The notes under the pieces were generated by a model. It did not search any database. It saw only the letters and a program-made list of their open reading frames with translations, and was not told where the DNA came from. Source: Candidatus Shapirobacteria bacterium (lineage in GTDB: Bacteria; Patescibacteriota; Microgenomatia; UBA12405). From it: a stretch of 64,000 bases of DNA. The stretch is from positions 161,275-225,274 of the forward strand of contig JAUYJS010000008.1 of assembly GCA_030698565.1 (NCBI GenBank), read 5' to 3'. The translations under genes and the position numbers were made by a program. Within the stretch, counting starts at the first letter, position 1; every line of letters begins with the position of its first letter. Of the stretch, positions 18,307 through 27,339 are shown in pieces.

Positions 18307-19320
18307 ATGAATCAAAAAAATATATCAAAACCTAGAATTTTAACCGGTGATCGTCCTACCGGTCCTTTACATGTCGGCCATTATATAGGTACTCTGGCCA
18401 ACAGGGTCAAACTTCAAGACGAATACGATTGTTTTATTATTATGGCTGATCTCCATACTCTAACAACCAATCCTAGTAAGGAAAAAACCATTGGTATCAA
18501 CGATCGTGTCAGGGGTTTAGTCTTAGACTACTTATCCGTCGGTCTTGATCCGGAAAAATGCACTTTTTATCAACAAAGTCGGGTTCCGGAAGTGGCCTAT
18601 TTATCCTTAATATTTTCAATGCTCGTTACTGTTCCTCGTGCCCAAAGAATTCCCACTCTCAAAGACGTCTTGCGCGATTTAAAAATTGAAAAGCCATCCC
18701 TGGGTCTGTTGACCTATCCAGTTTTACAAGCCGCCGATATTCTAATGGTTAAAGCCAATTTAGTACCAGTCGGTAAAGATCAAGAAAGTCATGTGGAAAT
18801 AACCCGGGAAATTGCTACAGATTTCAATCGAATGTATGGGGAAATTTTTCCAGTCCCCAAAGCCTTAATTGGTGATAACGGTACTCTCATAGGTACCGAT
18901 GGTCAAGCCAAGATGAGCAAATCTATTGGAAATTGTATTTATTTAAGCGACTCCGAAGATGTGGTCAATCAAAAAGTCAAAACTATGTATACCGACCCCA
19001 CCCGTATCCGACCAACCGACCCGGGTCATGTCGAAGGTAATCCAGTTTTTATTTATCATGACGCCTTCAATGATAACAAAGAAGAAGTTGCCGATTTAAA
19101 GGCAAGATATATAAATGGACAAGTAGGGGATGTGGAAGTAAAAACTAAATTAGCCCTAGCCATGAATCGTTTTCTGGCACCAATTAGAGACCGCCGCGCC
19201 AAATATGAGGGCAAAACCGATCTCATTAATCAAATCATCGACGATGGTTCCCAAAAAACCCGTCTCGAAGCCCAAAAAACATTAAGTGAAGTCTTGTCAG
19301 CAATGGGATTACAGAAATAA
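18307..19320 (+). CDS. trpS: tryptophanyl-tRNA synthetase
   Basis: ILTGDRPTGPLHVGHYIGTL (HIGH region), KMSKS; start placed at internal ATG 18307 (MNQKNISKPRILTG) rather than ORF-track 18229. Confidence 0.85.
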   Translation: MNQKNISKPRILTGDRPTGPLHVGHYIGTLANRVKLQDEYDCFIIMADLHTLTTNPSKEKTIGINDRVRGLVLDYLSVGLDPEKCTFYQQSRVPEVAYLSLIFSMLVTVPRAQRIPTLKDVLRDLKIEKPSLGLLTYPVLQAADILMVKANLVPVGKDQESHVEITREIATDFNRMYGEIFPVPKALIGDNGTLIGTDGQAKMSKSIGNCIYLSDSEDVVNQKVKTMYTDPTRIRPTDPGHVEGNPVFIYHDAFNDNKEEVADLKARYINGQVGDVEVKTKLALAMNRFLAPIRDRRAKYEGKTDLINQIIDDGSQKTRLEAQKTLSEVLSAMGLQK

Positions 19321-19343
19321 AGGGATAATAAACATTCGTTTTT

Positions 19344-19371
19344 GTAGAGACGCGCTGCAGCGCGTCTCTAC
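19344..19371. terminator. second copy of 28-bp palindrome GTAGAGACGCGCTGCAGCGCGTCTCTAC (candidate trpS terminator)
   Basis: Identical to 10973..11000, with shared flanks TGTAGAG...CTACAAC; 24 bp downstream of the trpS stop. Confidence 0.55.
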
Positions 19372-19456
19372 AACTTAAATATTTATACAACAAATCAAAT
19401 TTTCTTTTTTTTGTCCATGGGTTAGAATGAATTAATAAATTATAATTTTTATATAT

Positions 19457-20491
19457 ATGTCTGAATCACAAAACGGTCCTGGCTTATCAATGAAAGATAG
19501 ACTTTTTAGTAAAATTAAAGAAATTTTTCCACATAGAAATAATGAGACACAAAAACCATCAGTAACAGCCTTAACTATTTCTTCAGCAGAAGCGGAAGAG
19601 TCAGTAGAATATGATTTACCTTATGCTTATATTCCCAGCGGAGATCCTGAAAAACCTTTATATGAAAGAACTACTGAGCCTTCTGAAGAAGAATTAAAAA
19701 GGTTTTTCACACCTGAAATGATTTCTAGATTAGTTAAATGTCCCCAAATTAAAGTTGACGAAACAGATGACTGGGGTATGTTTGGTTATGAACCGGGTTA
19801 TTTTTTCGTATGTGAAAGTAGATACAAAGGAGCTAAACGTTTCAACGATAAAGACCTTTTAATAGGTAGATCTTTGAGAAGTGCAACTACTTCTACTGGA
19901 TACAGTATTACTGAAATTCAACACGCAGACTCTTTTCCGAGAGATAAATTTGATAAACAAACGATAACTGCATCTAAAACTCCTAGAACATTCGCTTTTT
20001 TAAGAAAGTTATTAGACAATGTCAACCCTAATGATATAACAACTTATCTTATTGAAGATTTATATAATACTCTTGACAATTTAAAAAAAATAAAAGATAT
20101 GCCAAGTGTTTGGGAAGAAGAATTAAACAAATTGTCAAGTCTTACTAAATATCCGAACGAATCGGATAATACCGGTCTTAATAAGGACATGGCTACATTA
20201 AGAGAGCGCATAAAAGAAGATAAAAAAGAAATTCCAAATGAGACTTTAAAACGTCTACAAATAACAAATGCAATCAGAGAAAGAGAGGTAGTTGATCCCG
20301 CAAAATTAGCTTTTTTTAAATCATTTAAAGAAGAACAATCTCAAGTTCAACAAGCTATTGAACAAGCAAAACAAGCTGGAAATGACGAGCTTGCAACTAG
20401 TATTTTAGACGCTTTTGAAAAAGGACGTTCATTTTTGGAAGGCAAAGTTTATTTACCAAAATCATCTTCGGATCAAAAATTACTCACCTAA
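19457..20491 (+). CDS. hypothetical acidic protein
   Basis: 344-aa ORF, no recognisable domain; E/K/D-rich C-terminus. Confidence 0.45.
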   Translation: MSESQNGPGLSMKDRLFSKIKEIFPHRNNETQKPSVTALTISSAEAEESVEYDLPYAYIPSGDPEKPLYERTTEPSEEELKRFFTPEMISRLVKCPQIKVDETDDWGMFGYEPGYFFVCESRYKGAKRFNDKDLLIGRSLRSATTSTGYSITEIQHADSFPRDKFDKQTITASKTPRTFAFLRKLLDNVNPNDITTYLIEDLYNTLDNLKKIKDMPSVWEEELNKLSSLTKYPNESDNTGLNKDMATLRERIKEDKKEIPNETLKRLQITNAIREREVVDPAKLAFFKSFKEEQSQVQQAIEQAKQAGNDELATSILDAFEKGRSFLEGKVYLPKSSSDQKLLT

Positions 20492-20549
20492 AATTACTTC
20501 TCATTTTTATCGCTTTTTAGAATATACACAAATCCACAACTCATCGTTG

Positions 20550-20623
20550 TGGGTATGCATGGATTCGGACCATGGACCCCCGACTTATAAGATCGGTGCT
20601 CTAACCAACTGAGCTACATACCC
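20550..20623 (-). tRNA. tRNA-Ile (anticodon UAU, decodes AUA)
   Basis: Minus strand GGGTATG-TA-GCTC-AGTTGGTTA-GAGC-A-CCGAT-CTTATAA-GTCGG-GGGTC-CATGG-TCCGAAT-CCATG-CATACCC-A; 7-bp acceptor, U33, anticodon TAT, A37; no encoded CCA. Confidence 0.6.
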
Positions 20624-20627
20624 TTTG

Positions 20628-20701
20628 TAGCAGAGGCGGGGATCGAACCCGCTACCTTAGCGTTATGAATGCTACGCTCTAACCAATTGAGCTACCCTGC
20701 C
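20628..20701 (-). tRNA. tRNA-Met (anticodon CAU), elongator-type
   Basis: Minus strand GGCAGGG-TA-GCTC-AATTGGTTA-GAGC-G-TAGCA-TTCATAA-CGCTA-AGGTA-GCGGG-TTCGATC-CCCGC-CTCTGCT-A; anticodon CAT; lacks the 3 G-C pairs of an initiator; 4 nt from tRNA-Ile. Confidence 0.55.
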
Positions 20702-20775
20702 GCTTACCTGTGAATTATATCAGCCATACTGCCTAAATTCTATTTTTTCAATCTGATGCTAAAATTACATTATTT

Positions 20776-20934
20776 ATGGATAAGGGATTAAAAACAGGAC
20801 AATTAATTATCATTACGGGTCCTAGCGGTGTTGGTAAAGATTCCATTGCCCAGGATTTAAAGGGAAGAAAAATCTTATCTTTGGCTCATCGACCCAGTTC
20901 GGACCACCGATTTCCATTTCAAAAATGTGATTAA
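20776..20934 (+). pseudogene. truncated P-loop nucleotide kinase fragment (52 codons)
   Basis: MDKGLKTGQLIIITGPSGVGKDSIAQDL... then premature stop; resembles N-terminus of guanylate/nucleoside-monophosphate kinases; no full-length kinase ORF follows. Confidence 0.35.
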
Positions 20935-21001
20935 AAATGAGGGCTCAATCAGTCTTGTTGTTGAACAAATTAGTCAAATCCTTATTTCCTCGATAAAATA
21001 A

Positions 21002-21030
21002 AAAAGCCCACAAATTAATGTGGACCTTCT
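21002..21030 (-). terminator. rho-independent terminator downstream of tRNA(CAU)
   Basis: Minus strand CCACATTAATTTGTGG hairpin followed by GCTTTTTTATTTT. Confidence 0.45.
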
Positions 21031-21038
21031 TATTTGTT

Positions 21039-21108
21039 GCGGGGCCAGGAGTTGAACCTGGCCTGTGAGATTATGAGCCTCACGTGCAGCCGTACACTAC
21101 CCCGCATG
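21039..21108 (-). tRNA. tRNA with anticodon CAU (Met, fMet or lysidine-Ile2; not resolved)
   Basis: Minus strand TGCGGGG-TA-GTGT-ACGGCT-GCAC-G-TGAGG-CTCATAA-TCTCA-CAGG-CCAGG-TTCAACT-CCTGG-CCCCGCA-A; perfect 7-bp acceptor with U1-A72; short D-loop. Confidence 0.5.
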
Positions 21109-21139
21109 TATTGAGCTTTGGAATTTTAGCACACCTTAT

Positions 21140-21514
21140 TTATCTAGTAAACAAACTAATCCATTGTCTCAATGGTGAATCCGGATTTCCACTATCAGCC
21201 TGATCCCATAAGTTATAATTTTGTTCATCAGAAACTATTAGCCAATTATCATTTTTATCTCCCAAACCAAATTTATCTCGGACTTGTTGGTCAATAAAAG
21301 CACTACTGGTAGCGTATTCAACCTGTTGTTTTAATTTTCTATTTTCTACTTCCAAATAAGTTAGTTTATTCTTCATTTCCAGATTTTTAGCCTTAGCCAT
21401 GGTCAAAATACTCATTTGTTTGACTATATTAATTACGATCAAAACCAGGAATATAATTCCAACTAAATTCTTTCCCATTTGTACCCTGTCCTTGTTTATG
21501 TTACTATAAGTCAT
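21140..21514 (-). CDS. septum formation initiator family protein (FtsB/DivIC-like)
   Basis: 124 aa; N-terminal TM then coiled coil (LEMKNKLTYLEVENRKLKQQVE), then conserved DKFGLG..DN.L motif. Confidence 0.6.
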   Translation of the reverse strand: MTYSNINKDRVQMGKNLVGIIFLVLIVINIVKQMSILTMAKAKNLEMKNKLTYLEVENRKLKQQVEYATSSAFIDQQVRDKFGLGDKNDNWLIVSDEQNYNLWDQADSGNPDSPLRQWISLFTR

Positions 21515-21539
21515 ATTTTAGAATTTATTTCATTATTTT

Positions 21540-22409
21540 ATGAGTGAACTTTCACTTGAAAATGCTTTAAATTTGTTCGTGGGCGCGCTTTCCAAAAAAG
21601 GAAAGTCTACAAATACTATTGTAGCTTACAAAGGCGACATCAACCAATTAGTTGCTTTTTTAAAAAACAAACTTAATATTGTTACTATTGATGCTATTGA
21701 ATCTAAAGATATTGATGCTTTTAAAACCGATTTAATGGACAATAATTATACTTCTAAGTCTGTCTCCCGAAAACTAAATTCCTTTAAAAATTTTTTTTCA
21801 TTTTTAAAAAATGAAGGCGTTATCACCAAAGATCCCTCTTCTGAGATTCAGCATCCAAAATACGAAAACGATTTGCCCAAGATCTTAAAACCAATTGAAT
21901 ATCGTTCTTTGCGCGATGCCTGTCGCAATGACCTTCGAGCCACAGCCATTGTTGAATTAATGCTTCAAGCCGGTCTAAGAATCAAGGAAATTGAAAACTT
22001 AAAGATGGAAAATGTCAAAGATAACGAAATTTATATCGAAAGCTACGAAAGCCACCCAGCCAGAACTGTACCTCTAAATAATTCTGCCAAAAATGCTTTA
22101 AAAAGATATTTAGATGAAAGCCGATACGAAACTAAATCTAAAAGTGTTTTTATTACCAAAACCGGTCGACATTTATTGGCTAGAAATATTAGAAGCCTTT
22201 TAAATCGCTATTTTGATAAAGCCGATATTAAGGATGTTAAAGTCAATGACTTAAGAAATACCTTCATCGTCTATCAACTCAAATCTGGGGTACCTATTGA
22301 TATCGTCTCTCAAGTCGTTGGTCACAAAAGAATTTCTACTACTGAAAAATATCTAGAACTAATCGATAGTCGGGAAGAAAGTAAAGGCATCAAACTCAAA
22401 GAACTTTAA
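21540..22409 (+). CDS. tyrosine site-specific recombinase, XerC/XerD-like
   Basis: 289 aa; N-terminal SAM-like domain; catalytic R (AGLRIKEI), H-x-x-R (GHKRIST) and Y (TEKYL). Confidence 0.7.
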   Translation: MSELSLENALNLFVGALSKKGKSTNTIVAYKGDINQLVAFLKNKLNIVTIDAIESKDIDAFKTDLMDNNYTSKSVSRKLNSFKNFFSFLKNEGVITKDPSSEIQHPKYENDLPKILKPIEYRSLRDACRNDLRATAIVELMLQAGLRIKEIENLKMENVKDNEIYIESYESHPARTVPLNNSAKNALKRYLDESRYETKSKSVFITKTGRHLLARNIRSLLNRYFDKADIKDVKVNDLRNTFIVYQLKSGVPIDIVSQVVGHKRISTTEKYLELIDSREESKGIKLKEL

Positions 22410-24743
22410 TTAAAATCTGGCTCTCTTGGCAATTTCCGCTTCGATAATCGCTCGTGGTTTACCGTATTTTAGTGAAGATAACCTTTTAATCATTTCTGCC
22501 ATTTTTGGATTTCCTGGTTTTTTCTTTTCAACTGCTGCCACTCTCAATGAGAAAGGCGGCTTAGGATCTCCGTCGACCATAGTTTTCATATAAATTTCTC
22601 CAGTACCTAAGTTTAGAAGATCATGCTCATTAAATGTCGGCTGGAATTGTTTGGTCAAAAAGCCAGCATCAGAAATACCCAATCTAAAGCTAGAAATTGT
22701 ACCCACATTTCCAAAGACAGCATTTTTCACCTCATCGTCCATTTGGGATATGAACTGATTAGCTACGATTAAATTCAAATGATATTTTCTGGCTTCAGAT
22801 AAAATAACCGCAAAATCTTGAGTGGCGAAATTTTGGAACTCGTCTACGTACAAATAAAAATCTCGTCTTTTTTCTTCCGGCATGTCCTGTCGACTCATTG
22901 CCGCAATTAAAATTTTTGGAATTAGAACCAAACCCAAAAAAGCCGAATTTTCTTCTCCGATCGTACCTTTAGCCAAATTAATTATCAAAATTTTACCCTC
23001 ATCCATGGCTTGACGGAAATTAAAAGAAGATTGGGATTGGCCGATGATATTTCTCATCATTGTATTGGTAATAAACCGGCCGAATTTAGACACAATGTAA
23101 TCCAAAACTTCTGACTTGTGAAAATCCGAGGTTTGGGCAATTTGATCAGTCCAATACCTTTTTACCATCGGATCAGTTAATTTAGGTAATAAAGCTTGAA
23201 CATATGATGGATCAGTCAAGCAACGTACAATTTCAATAAAAGTCGCGCCGGGCTCCATCATTACCGTCAACATAATATTTCTTATCGCGTGTTCAAATCT
23301 AGGACCGACGATACCGGTTTTATACGGATCGTATAACTTATACATTAAATTAATAATGGAAGACGTCACAAAATCTTTTTGATCTTCTCGTTCACACTCC
23401 ATCACATTAAAACCCATGGGCCGGTCAGTCACCGAGGGATCAAAGTAAATTACATCATCAACTCTCTCTGGTGGAATTCTTTCCAAAATACTTTCATAAG
23501 TATCATGAGGATCAATAAAACAAACACCTCGTCCAGCCTTGATATCTTGCAAAGCCATATCGGCCAAAAGCCAGGATTTACCCACACCAGTTTGTCCCAC
23601 AATATAAAAATGCCTTTGTCGATCTACAGGCTGCATACAAAACTTTTTTGTCACACCACGGTATAAATTGTCCCCAATATAAATTCCTTCTTGAGGTGAA
23701 TCGATCGGGGCTGGAGCTTTTTTGGATTTTAGCCAATGAATATTGGGAGTTTCAATTGATTTATTAGGAAAATGAAAAATAGAAGCAATTTCATCAGCCG
23801 ATAAAATAGTCCGATTTTTAAACCAAAGCATTACTGGATATTTATAGATAAAATCTTCCATAAACATTGTTTTAAATCTAATTTTTCGTCCGCTTAATTT
23901 ATTCCACGGTGACTCAAATTGGGAAAAACAAGCCTTTATATTGGAAATATTCATTTTAGCAATCTCTGCAGTGGGGGCGACAGCGACTATTCTAATAGCA
24001 GTTTCAAAACCAGCCTTGCTGCATTTACTTTCAATAGCTTCTAATTGCCGGCCATCAACTTTATACGAAGCCTTTTCCGGATTTGATTCAGACTTTTTTG
24101 TTGAACTAATAAATCCTTTACCTTGTTTACTCCACTTACTGTCTATTGGAGAGATACATACCTGAATAGCCAAAGTTTCATCGTCATTTAACTTAGATAA
24201 AGTCGAAGTAATTGAAGCCAAAGGATCTGTTGAAATTTCTTTATACGATTTAAGCGGAAGATAAGGTGTCTTTTTAAGACCGAGCCAGGCATATTCTACT
24301 TTACCTTTTTCGGTATAAATATTTGGGTCATTGACTGCCTTAACATCAGCTCCAGCATATACGCTATAAATCTGTTTTTCCATAAAATCTTGATATTTAA
24401 GGGGCACTGACACATAAAATTTTATGTCATCGTGTGTCCCTATAATCTCCATAGAGATATTTGGCTGAGTCACTAAACTTTGTAACCACTTGAAGTCAGT
24501 GCTTTTGTAAAGGCTGGAAAGGGAACTAATAATTTGTTCCATGGCATCAATTTTTACTTCATTATCATTAGGTATACTTACCAAAAGTGTCACCAAATCT
24601 AACGATCTTTTTTCCCTGTCTTTCCATCTGTACCATAAAATAAGACCGTATCCTAAAACACCCAAAAGAGCCAAGACCAATATGACTGTCACAGCCATAT
24701 AAACAACATTTAATAATTGTTGCAATAAATAATCTATATTCAT
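22410..24743 (-). CDS. membrane-anchored P-loop NTPase of the conjugation/T4SS type (VirD4/TraG coupling-protein-like or VirB4-like)
   Basis: 777 aa; N-terminal TM; Walker A HFYIVGQTGVGKSWL; Walker B LYVDEFQNFA; family-level only. Confidence 0.5.
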   Translation of the reverse strand: MNIDYLLQQLLNVVYMAVTVILVLALLGVLGYGLILWYRWKDREKRSLDLVTLLVSIPNDNEVKIDAMEQIISSLSSLYKSTDFKWLQSLVTQPNISMEIIGTHDDIKFYVSVPLKYQDFMEKQIYSVYAGADVKAVNDPNIYTEKGKVEYAWLGLKKTPYLPLKSYKEISTDPLASITSTLSKLNDDETLAIQVCISPIDSKWSKQGKGFISSTKKSESNPEKASYKVDGRQLEAIESKCSKAGFETAIRIVAVAPTAEIAKMNISNIKACFSQFESPWNKLSGRKIRFKTMFMEDFIYKYPVMLWFKNRTILSADEIASIFHFPNKSIETPNIHWLKSKKAPAPIDSPQEGIYIGDNLYRGVTKKFCMQPVDRQRHFYIVGQTGVGKSWLLADMALQDIKAGRGVCFIDPHDTYESILERIPPERVDDVIYFDPSVTDRPMGFNVMECEREDQKDFVTSSIINLMYKLYDPYKTGIVGPRFEHAIRNIMLTVMMEPGATFIEIVRCLTDPSYVQALLPKLTDPMVKRYWTDQIAQTSDFHKSEVLDYIVSKFGRFITNTMMRNIIGQSQSSFNFRQAMDEGKILIINLAKGTIGEENSAFLGLVLIPKILIAAMSRQDMPEEKRRDFYLYVDEFQNFATQDFAVILSEARKYHLNLIVANQFISQMDDEVKNAVFGNVGTISSFRLGISDAGFLTKQFQPTFNEHDLLNLGTGEIYMKTMVDGDPKPPFSLRVAAVEKKKPGNPKMAEMIKRLSSLKYGKPRAIIEAEIAKRARF

Positions 24744-25087
24744 TCTTCTTTAAATTTAATCTTTCCTTTTTTTATTTTAATCAATCTAAAAATATATTCT
24801 GATAGCCATTTACCAGCTTCACCCACCGTCTTTTTAAAACCATCAGCAAATGTTTTTCTGGTAATTGGCAATACTATCTGTGGATCAGATGGTGCCGATG
24901 GCGACATCAAAGGTTGCCCACTGCTATCGTCCAATATAGTTGTCGTTTGAGTTTGGGTTTTTTCTACCCTCACCATCCATTTTTCAACACCTGCCGGTAA
25001 ATCTACTTCAGGTTTAGATCTAATTATATCAATTTCAGGAAGTTTAGTTTCATTTTCTGGTCGGGGAATTAATTTTTCTTCGTTCAT
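24740..25087 (-). CDS. hypothetical protein, translationally coupled upstream of the T4SS-like ATPase
   Basis: 115 aa; stop overlaps start of 22410..24743 (ATGA-type overlap). Confidence 0.4.
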   Translation of the reverse strand: MNEEKLIPRPENETKLPEIDIIRSKPEVDLPAGVEKWMVRVEKTQTQTTTILDDSSGQPLMSPSAPSDPQIVLPITRKTFADGFKKTVGEAGKWLSEYIFRLIKIKKGKIKFKEE

Positions 25088-25154
25088 TTTTAATATGAGT
25101 ATATTCTAATTTGACGCAATCAACCAGTAGCCTGTAGGGTATAATCAAGAAACT

Positions 25155-26279
25155 GTGGAACAATATTCTGATTTGAAACTATCACATGTCGGACTGATCG
25201 ACAATCACCGCCGCTCCATTCCTTGGGCCACCTTATTTTTAAGTTTAATCTTAATTGCTGTCACCGTTTGGTTTATTCGTGGCGGTACTTACAAATTTTA
25301 CACAAGTCTTTTCTTTGGTCTATATTTTTTAACCCACCAAACCTGGGTATCAATAATATTAGTTGGGGTGGTTCAGAGCTTCATCTTTTTACCATTAAGA
25401 ATAATTAGTAGTCGCCACCACTCAGATCTCAAAGATTTTGAGTCAGAATTGGCTAAAACGAAAAATGATAATCAGTATATTTTATTTCGCAAAAATGTCA
25501 CCGAAGGCAGTTTGCCAGTAATTTTCTATAGTCTTAATTTTGTTCTCTTAACCATTGCTTTTGTATCGGTTGGTCGTGTATTTTTGCTTGATTTTTATAA
25601 CGAGAAAGTATCACCCGACTATCTTTATTCTTTTATTCCATATCCAGAATATCCATTAAATGGCACCGTTTTTAATTTTCCATTTTTCAAAATCACTCAA
25701 ACAATTTCCTTAAATTGGTCAACAATTTTTTATTTTTGGTTAATAGTTTTTGCTTGTTATATTTCACTTAAGCTGGTTTGGGTATTTCTAAAATTCTTTT
25801 TAACTAAAAATAAAAAAATACTGCAAATCAGAATAAAGTACAATCGCACTTTAATCTTTATTGGCAGTTTTATTGGTACACTCTTTTTATTCTCCATTAT
25901 TTTCTTACGCCACATACCTACGGGTTTTCAATCTATATGGTTATCGGCTGATCTGGCTAAACAAAACACTGTTTTCAACATTATTACAGCTTTTGGTATG
26001 TTTTTTGCTGCCACCCACGCAGGTTACATTCATCAACGCGATGCCGCCATTGAAGCCAAAAAGAACAATATTCCAGATGAAATTATTGCCATAGTTTTTA
26101 AAAAACATATGTACATCACTCTAAGAAACGGTATTTTATTGGCTGGGCTAGCCCTCTGGGTGACTCGACTAATGCCTTCATCTCACGATCTATCTGTTCT
26201 AACTTTCATTGTCTTGTATCTTATTTCCCCTATTACTTTCGATTTACTAATTCCCAAAAAACCACATGGAAAAGTCTGA
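25155..26279 (+). CDS. polytopic membrane protein (weak YidC/Oxa1-like resemblance)
   Basis: 374 aa, at least 6 TM; segment WVSIILVGVVQSFIFLPLRI...GSLPVIFYSLNFVLL loosely resembles the YidC core; low confidence. Confidence 0.4.
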   Translation: MEQYSDLKLSHVGLIDNHRRSIPWATLFLSLILIAVTVWFIRGGTYKFYTSLFFGLYFLTHQTWVSIILVGVVQSFIFLPLRIISSRHHSDLKDFESELAKTKNDNQYILFRKNVTEGSLPVIFYSLNFVLLTIAFVSVGRVFLLDFYNEKVSPDYLYSFIPYPEYPLNGTVFNFPFFKITQTISLNWSTIFYFWLIVFACYISLKLVWVFLKFFLTKNKKILQIRIKYNRTLIFIGSFIGTLFLFSIIFLRHIPTGFQSIWLSADLAKQNTVFNIITAFGMFFAATHAGYIHQRDAAIEAKKNNIPDEIIAIVFKKHMYITLRNGILLAGLALWVTRLMPSSHDLSVLTFIVLYLISPITFDLLIPKKPHGKV

Positions 26280-27336
26280 TTTTCTTTCAGTCTTGTCTTC
26301 TTATCGAAATTTACTGTGGCCGGTTATAGAAATTTATCTTAAAAAGACTTCTCATTTTACTGGCGCCGGGAAAATAGATCAAAAATATCAACCATTAATT
26401 GATTTTCACAGTCAAATGGTGTCTGATTATCCCCAAAGAAAAGGCAAATATCTTCGACCATCGCTTTTAATGTTAACGGCCCAGGCAATGGGCGTATCTT
26501 TAGAAAAAACTCTTCACACTGCTGCTGCTATGCAGTTATCCGAAGATTGGATATTAAACCACGACGACATTGAAGACAGTTCTCTTCAAAGAAGAGGCCG
26601 TCCCACATTACACCGAATATATGGACTTGAGTTAGCTATCAATGCCGGGGATGCTCTTCATGCTCTGACTTGGCACGTTTTAAACGATAATATTTTGACT
26701 TTAGGACCTTCGCAAACCGAAAAAATTAATGACGAATTTTTTTCTATTATAAATAGAACTATTTTAGGTCAGACAATTGAAATCAAGTGGACCAAGGAAA
26801 ATAAAAACGACTTAACCGAAGACGATATTTATTTAATTTTAGAAAGTAAAACTGGTTACTACACTATCTCTGGACCGATGCGGCTAGGTGCTATTTTGGC
26901 CAAAGCCACACCTGATCAATTGGAATCTATTTATCGTTTTGGACTTTATTTAGGCCGTTCATTTCAAATTATTGATGATCTTTTAGATTTAACTTCAGAT
27001 TTTTCCGGTCAAAAAAAGCAAAAAGGCAATGATGTTTATGAGGGCAAAAAAACTCTTATAATTATCCATCTTTTACATCATATTGATAGTAAAAATAAAG
27101 AAGAGCTGCTACGTATTTTATCCCTGTCTCGTTCTCAAAAAAAAGCCTCAGACATAAAATGGGTTATCCAAAAAATGGCTGAATTTGGTAGTTTGGATTA
27201 TGCCAAAACCAAAGCTCAAGAGTTTGCCAAAAAAGCTTCGCAAATTTTTGATACCGAACTTTTATTTTTAAGCACAGAGCCTTATCGTTCTCAATTACGA
27301 TCCGCTATAGAATTTATAATTAACCGCCAGCACTAA
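26266..27336 (+). CDS. polyprenyl (isoprenyl) diphosphate synthase
   Basis: First Asp-rich motif ILNHDDIEDSSLQRRG, second FQIIDDLLDLT. Confidence 0.8.
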   Translation: MEKSDFLSVLSSYRNLLWPVIEIYLKKTSHFTGAGKIDQKYQPLIDFHSQMVSDYPQRKGKYLRPSLLMLTAQAMGVSLEKTLHTAAAMQLSEDWILNHDDIEDSSLQRRGRPTLHRIYGLELAINAGDALHALTWHVLNDNILTLGPSQTEKINDEFFSIINRTILGQTIEIKWTKENKNDLTEDDIYLILESKTGYYTISGPMRLGAILAKATPDQLESIYRFGLYLGRSFQIIDDLLDLTSDFSGQKKQKGNDVYEGKKTLIIIHLLHHIDSKNKEELLRILSLSRSQKKASDIKWVIQKMAEFGSLDYAKTKAQEFAKKASQIFDTELLFLSTEPYRSQLRSAIEFIINRQH

Positions 27337-27339
27337 TTA

